DNA from: Candidatus Omnitrophota bacterium
GTDB lineage: Bacteria > Omnitrophota > Omnitrophia > Omnitrophales > Aquincolibacteriaceae
Direction of reading: 5' to 3'
Assembly (NCBI GenBank): GCA_003140935.1
Contig: PLLJ01000052.1
Coordinates: forward strand, 12,642 to 76,641
DNA length: 64,000 bases
The notes under the pieces are model-generated. The model was not told the origin of the DNA, searched no databases, and saw nothing but the letters and a program-made list of their open reading frames with translations. The position numbers were made by a program, and so were the translations under genes. The first letter of the stretch is position 1. Each line of letters opens with the position of its first letter. Shown in pieces: positions 59,232 through 64,000 of this stretch.

Positions 59232-60554
59232 ATGTCCTATCGATTTGTCTGCAACCATTGCGGGAAAAAATTCGAGTTGGAGACTCCTGAAGCCAAGGAA
59301 TGTCCCGGCTGCTTTTGGAGCTCATCCGTTAAACGAGAGGATGAATTACTTTCTCAAAAAAAAGACGCTTCACGTTCCTCTCAAGCTGCTGGATCCATGC
59401 CGGATCATAAAATTCCTTCAGGGAATTTAAAGTATCTCTTTCTTGCGCTGCTCTTTATCGCCCTTCTTGCCGCGGTCGGATTTTTAGCTTTTAAGGCTTA
59501 CAAGATATTTATTTCGTCTTCTCCGCAAAGCTGGGGAACGTTTTCGATCAGGCCTCCAAGCGATAGCAAACGGTCCGAAAAGCCGGTGGCTGATCCGGTG
59601 GCGTTGCTTCCGTCACAGGAAAAAGCAATGCTCATTCGTGAAGTAGCAATCCCAATGGATCGGACGCCGGATCCGGGCGAGCAGGAGATCCTTGGCCGGT
59701 CCGTTTCATTCCAAACGGGGTGGATCGAAAAATTACCTTCTGCCGCGTGGACGCTCGATCAATATCAAAAAATGATCGCGAATCAGGAAGCATTCTATAA
59801 AATGCCTTTTGCGAGAAGCTATAAGAAAAAGCTCGAGGAGTTATTTAAGACCCGATATCTCGCGGCTACGGACGCATTCGCAAAAGGAGATGCGCTATCG
59901 GCCCGGAATCTCTGGGTAGAATCTTTGGCGTTTCCTCTCTATTCCACGGATCTGAAGAAGCATCGCGCTGTCGCACTCACGATGCTCCGGCCTTTTATCA
60001 ACGATACCCTTTCTAAAGTAAGCGCCATGAACCAGAGCCTTCTAGACAGGGGGAAAAAGGCCAGAGAACAAGCTTTAAGCGTGGCCTATCAGAAGCTCAC
60101 TGGGCTGATCGCCCAAAAGAAATGGGAAGAGGCACTCGCCACGGTCGGGCAAATGATCCCGGAGGTCGATCAACTGCGCAAGAATACGACGCCTCCGGAA
60201 GTGCTGCCGCCTTATCCGGCGGCCTTCGGAACGATCGACTCGGATCTTCAGCGACCCTTGATGGATTTAATGGTGCCGAGTCCTTCCTCTACCGCCGATC
60301 TCCAGCCCTTGCAACAGGACCTGGTTGAGAAGAAAGAAGTGATCGAAACGTTCACAGAAGCCTATTTAAAAAGCGCTACAACGGTTTATCAGTCGGCTTT
60401 GGGATTAATCCGTGACAAAAAGTGGCAGGAAGCGATCCAGGTGTTGGAATCCATCCAGGGACCGCAAGTGCTTCAGCAGGACGCAGCAGGGAAGATCGCG
60501 ATTCTCAAAAAAATAGCAGGGCCAGTACTTGATTCATCCGGGAAAACCAGCTAA
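59232..60554 (+). CDS. bitopic membrane protein with N-terminal zinc ribbon and helical periplasmic domain
   Basis: CNHCG...CPGC, one TM (LFLALLFIALLAAVGFLAF) and an alpha-helical remainder. Confidence 0.75.
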   Translation: MSYRFVCNHCGKKFELETPEAKECPGCFWSSSVKREDELLSQKKDASRSSQAAGSMPDHKIPSGNLKYLFLALLFIALLAAVGFLAFKAYKIFISSSPQSWGTFSIRPPSDSKRSEKPVADPVALLPSQEKAMLIREVAIPMDRTPDPGEQEILGRSVSFQTGWIEKLPSAAWTLDQYQKMIANQEAFYKMPFARSYKKKLEELFKTRYLAATDAFAKGDALSARNLWVESLAFPLYSTDLKKHRAVALTMLRPFINDTLSKVSAMNQSLLDRGKKAREQALSVAYQKLTGLIAQKKWEEALATVGQMIPEVDQLRKNTTPPEVLPPYPAAFGTIDSDLQRPLMDLMVPSPSSTADLQPLQQDLVEKKEVIETFTEAYLKSATTVYQSALGLIRDKKWQEAIQVLESIQGPQVLQQDAAGKIAILKKIAGPVLDSSGKTS

Positions 60555-60571
60555 GCTTCGAGGGTAGTGCC

Positions 60572-60973
60572 ATGAGTGGCGATGCATCGGGTTTGAGGAC
60601 CCTAAAAACGCGCCGGAGCGTTTTCGCTCTTGTGGCAGATATGGCCACCGCAACCCAGATCGTTAAATGTGCGGCCGGACTTCATATTGGAGTAAGGAAT
60701 TTTGACAGTACGGAAAAATTAGTGGCACAGGCCGCAATCGAGAGGCCTTTTCTTGTGATCCTCGATCTTGAAAAACGTGAGGCCGAGGCGTTTCGGGTGC
60801 TCAACGAATTACATAAAAATGCCGATTTAAGGAATGTCCCTACGGTGGGCTTTGTAACACAGGCGAAAGTGATGGTAAAACCCGAGGCCGAGAAGGCCGG
60901 TTGTTTCCGGGTCTATCTGAAAACGGCGTTCGGCAGGGAACTTCCGGACCTGATCGCGAGGTATGCGGTATGA
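60572..60973 (+). CDS. atypical single-domain response regulator
   Basis: RPFLVILDL, LRNVPTVGF and AEKAGC receiver-like pattern. Confidence 0.65.
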   Translation: MSGDASGLRTLKTRRSVFALVADMATATQIVKCAAGLHIGVRNFDSTEKLVAQAAIERPFLVILDLEKREAEAFRVLNELHKNADLRNVPTVGFVTQAKVMVKPEAEKAGCFRVYLKTAFGRELPDLIARYAV

Positions 60974-61269
60974 TATTGCACTTAGGACATGATCTTCCTG
61001 TGAAAGAAACGAGCACGCTGGATTGCGAGTCTCCGGCCTTCACTTCGGAAGAGATACGTATCGTCAAAAACCAGATTCGCAGGAACATGGCGGTGATCGA
61101 CGCGCACGTCCGCCGGATCGATCTTTTTGTGAACCATGAATGTCACGCGTCGCGTGCGGGATTGATCGAACATTTGCGGGAGCGTCTTGGGGTCCTGATG
61201 GAAGAGAACGATACTTTTCGCAAGGTCCTGTGGAAGCAGTACCAAAACCTAGGAGTGAATCTGACATGA
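60970..61269 (+). CDS. hypothetical coiled-coil protein
   Basis: ATGA overlaps with both neighbours. Confidence 0.6.
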   Translation: MILHLGHDLPVKETSTLDCESPAFTSEEIRIVKNQIRRNMAVIDAHVRRIDLFVNHECHASRAGLIEHLRERLGVLMEENDTFRKVLWKQYQNLGVNLT

Positions 61270-62528
61270 GCCGGCGCGTTACGACCCTGATCCTTGGCGG
61301 CGGACAGGGGAAGAGGTTATTTCCGCTTACGAGTTATCGCTCCAAACCCGCTCTTCCGATCGGCGGTAAATACCGCCTAGTGGATATCCCGATTTCGAAT
61401 GCCATCAATTCGGGTCTCCGACGCATCTTCGTTCTGACACAATTCAATTCCGCCTCGCTTCACCGGCATATCCACCGGACTTATCCTTACGAGGCGTTCA
61501 CTAAAACGAGCGTGGAGCTTCTCGCGGCCGAGCAAACGACCGAGAACACGGACTGGTTCCAGGGGACCGCAGATGCGGTCCGGAAATGTATGCCGCACTA
61601 TCGAGCGGATGCTACGGATGTTTTTCTGATCCTTTCCGGGGACCATCTTTACCGGATGAATTACAAGGAGATCCTGGGGTTCCATGAAATGCAACGGGCG
61701 GACGTGACGGTCGCGACGGTGCCTGTACCGGAGCGGGTCGTCAAGGGATTCGGTATTATGAAGCTTCAAAAGGACGGCCAGATCACGGATTTTCTTGAAA
61801 AGCCCACCAAGAACGATGATGTGGGGTCCTATACCATGCCTAAGCCCCTTTGCGATCTCCATCACGTAAAGGCCAAAGGCCCCATGTATCTCGCGTCGAT
61901 GGGAATCTACGTTTTCAATCGCAATGTGCTTTTGGACGTCCTTGCCGGGAGCGAAAAAGATTTTGGCAAAGAAATCATCCCGAAGGCGATCAAGAACTAC
62001 AAGGTTTTTGGTCATGTGTTCACGGATTATTGGCGTGATATCGGAACGATCGGCAGTTTTTATGAGGCGAGCATCGAACTCACGAGTGCAAACCCGCCGT
62101 TCAGTTTTCTTTCTCCGGAGGGGCGCATCTTTACCCGCCCCAGGTTTCTGCCGCCTTCCAAGATCCTCGGAACGGAACTGGATCATGTTCTGATGTCCGA
62201 AGGCTGCATTCTGACGGGCGCCAAGATCCACCAATCGGTGGTGGGTTTACGTTCGGTCGTAGGGACAGGGACCGTCGTCAGTAAAAGCATTCTGATGGGG
62301 AATGATTATTATGAATGGCCGGATTCGTCGCTGGATTGCCGGATTGGGGTCGGCAAGAACTGCGTGATCGAGAATTGTATTATCGACAAGAATGCGTCGA
62401 TTGGGGATGGTGTTAGCATTACGAACGCCAAGGCGATCGACGAGAAGGACGGCGACCATTATTACATTCGCGATGGTATCGTGATCATTCCGAAGGGTGT
62501 TCACATCCCATCCGGCACGAAGATCTAG
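61266..62528 (+). CDS. glgC: glucose-1-phosphate adenylyltransferase
   Basis: LGGGQGKRLFPLT, KPALPIGGKYRLVD, WFQGTADAV, LSGDHLY, EKP, ASMGIYVF, DFGKEIIP and YWRDIGT. Confidence 0.96.
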   Translation: MSRRVTTLILGGGQGKRLFPLTSYRSKPALPIGGKYRLVDIPISNAINSGLRRIFVLTQFNSASLHRHIHRTYPYEAFTKTSVELLAAEQTTENTDWFQGTADAVRKCMPHYRADATDVFLILSGDHLYRMNYKEILGFHEMQRADVTVATVPVPERVVKGFGIMKLQKDGQITDFLEKPTKNDDVGSYTMPKPLCDLHHVKAKGPMYLASMGIYVFNRNVLLDVLAGSEKDFGKEIIPKAIKNYKVFGHVFTDYWRDIGTIGSFYEASIELTSANPPFSFLSPEGRIFTRPRFLPPSKILGTELDHVLMSEGCILTGAKIHQSVVGLRSVVGTGTVVSKSILMGNDYYEWPDSSLDCRIGVGKNCVIENCIIDKNASIGDGVSITNAKAIDEKDGDHYYIRDGIVIIPKGVHIPSGTKI

Positions 62529-62623
62529 AAGGAACCCTGCTCTTGATCGAATGAACCGATAGGTTCAATGGGGACTTGGTTGGCAGGGATGCATTTCAAA
62601 CATATTTCAACACAGCGAAAATC

Positions 62624-62926
62624 ATGAGCGATAGACCCTTAAAGAACCTTGCGGGTTTTTATTTTTTTTGTCTAAGTTTCTTTCTCTCTTTTTCTCCTCT
62701 TGCCTTCGCTCAACAGAAAACTGGGTCCGAAGAACACGGGCAAGAAACTTCTGCGTTGCAGGCTCAAACTACCATGGCGTCTCTTTTTGGTCGTGGCGCT
62801 AAAATGACGGCCATTCCGAGCATTCGCGGAACGATTGCGCTTCCTGCCTTTGACAATTCAGGAATGAAAATTGATGAAAAGGGGTTAAGTGCTGCTCAAC
62901 GGCAGAAGCAAAAGTTTGAAGACTAA
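62624..62926 (+). CDS. hypothetical exported protein (possibly truncated)
   Basis: Signal peptide ending AFA and a short mature part. Confidence 0.45.
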   Translation: MSDRPLKNLAGFYFFCLSFFLSFSPLAFAQQKTGSEEHGQETSALQAQTTMASLFGRGAKMTAIPSIRGTIALPAFDNSGMKIDEKGLSAAQRQKQKFED

Positions 62927-63021
62927 CGATCATTCTTCGGGACTCGGGGTTTGTAACAACGAGGCATCCCAATAGACACGAGGAATGAGCCCTCCCGTTC
63001 CACGAAACTTCCTTTTGGAAA

Positions 63022-64000
63022 TCAGTAATTCGCTCGTTCCAGTTTCAGAAGTGCGAACGTCGCGAAAATGATATTTCCGCCCCACGCACTTAGAAATGGG
63101 AAAAGTCTTCCGGATTTTCCCAAAGCAAAGAGAACTGCGTCGCTTACATGAAAGGCGAACACCAGGGCTGCGCATACCAGAACGCTCATAGCGACTGCCT
63201 TGCGGTTGCATACACTCCCCAGGAAAGGAATGGCGAGGAGCAGCATGACGAGCCCCTTCCAGGGGGTGGCCATGCGGTTGTAAAGATCCGATTCTTCCGC
63301 ATACACGGGGATGTCGTTCTCTTTGAGTTTATCAATCGTGTATTTAAGTTCGTGATAAGAGAGAAATGAGCTATCGCTTGTTGTGTTAATCAAGTCCCGC
63401 GGCGTGATCGTAACCTCAGGATAACTTTTCTTCGGAATGATCAAGGGGTTTCCGAGAATCTCGCCTCGGACGTCCGTTTGATATTCTGTGATCCCTTCAA
63501 AAGACCACCGGTCGTCAGCCCAAGAACCTTTTTGCGCAAAGATCTTTTGCGTGGTGTGATGGGTCGCGGGATCCAGCCAGATAATGATCGCGCCTTCGAC
63601 GGTTTTGGGTTTTGGGGAAAATTTCCGGAAATAATAAAGCGTGTTGCCTCCCGAGTAATACGTGACGTTTTTGAAAACTTTTCGATCTTTAGAGTCTTTT
63701 TTCTTCTCGATGTAGATCTCCAAAAGTTCGTTGGCCGTTCGGGAAGTTTTCGGCACCACGCGGTCGGCGACGAGAAAGGTAATGATACCCAGCAATAGTC
63801 CCAGGAAGATCATCGGCCGGACAATCGTCAGTATCTTGAGGCCGGCGGCTTTCATGGCCATGAGTTCGTTATGAAGGCCTAATTGGACCAAAAGGAAAAT
63901 GGTCCCGAGCCACACCGCCCACGCGATCGTCTGGGTAAAGGAGATCGGGATGAGTGACAGATAATAGCGAAGGATGATCAGGATCGGTGTCTTGTTCCTT
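63022..64000 (-). CDS. lptG: LptF/LptG-family LPS export permease (5' end outside window)
   Basis: NELMAMKAAG, a beta-jellyroll periplasmic region (AQKGSW), LGKSG.L.P.LSAW..NIIF. The frame continues to the window edge. Confidence 0.85.
   Translation of the reverse strand, partial: RNKTPILIILRYYLSLIPISFTQTIAWAVWLGTIFLLVQLGLHNELMAMKAAGLKILTIVRPMIFLGLLLGIITFLVADRVVPKTSRTANELLEIYIEKKKDSKDRKVFKNVTYYSGGNTLYYFRKFSPKPKTVEGAIIIWLDPATHHTTQKIFAQKGSWADDRWSFEGITEYQTDVRGEILGNPLIIPKKSYPEVTITPRDLINTTSDSSFLSYHELKYTIDKLKENDIPVYAEESDLYNRMATPWKGLVMLLLAIPFLGSVCNRKAVAMSVLVCAALVFAFHVSDAVLFALGKSGRLFPFLSAWGGNIIFATFALLKLERANY

Noticed and set aside
62926-63022. Frameshifted continuation of the 62624 ORF
   Set aside because: The alternative frames close within about 20-25 codons and show no recognisable domain, so a pseudogene call cannot be supported.

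Overview
Dense chromosomal window from a diderm, probably anaerobic bacterium. It has a secretin, a TonB-dependent receptor, TolC and an LptF/G permease. The gene content suggests a PVC-superphylum lineage such as Ca. Omnitrophota, but that is inference only. From left to right: (1) the end of a divergent F1 ATPase operon (gamma-like, beta, no epsilon) runs straight into a hybrid type II secretion/type IVa pilus cluster. That cluster has GspE with a C-terminal PilZ domain, GspF, an HExxH peptidase, GspG/I/J/K, a PilM-N fusion and PilO, then a separate MerR-like/ExeA/GspC-like/secretin/TPR block. (2) tatD-tcdA. (3) marR-tolC-macAB-MFS efflux. (4) glgB and cspA. (5) A cobalamin riboswitch heading a corrinoid uptake/salvage operon (btuB, DUF4430-like, TonB-CTD, cobQ, Dph6-like ligase, btuFCD, cobO). 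(6) ACT-fchA-folD-panB and a REC-GGDEF-MshEN cyclase. (7) Small hypothetical genes. (8) A hemY-like oxidase, two B12-radical SAM enzymes, psd, pssA and lysE. (9) DUF4912, a GH57 branching enzyme, glgC and a partial lptG. I saw no rRNA, tRNA, CRISPR array or transposase. The best candidates for undescribed systems are the F1-like ATPase-T2SS locus with its c-di-GMP wiring and the radical-SAM/phosphatidylethanolamine operon. All family calls come from recognising motifs by eye, not from database searches.
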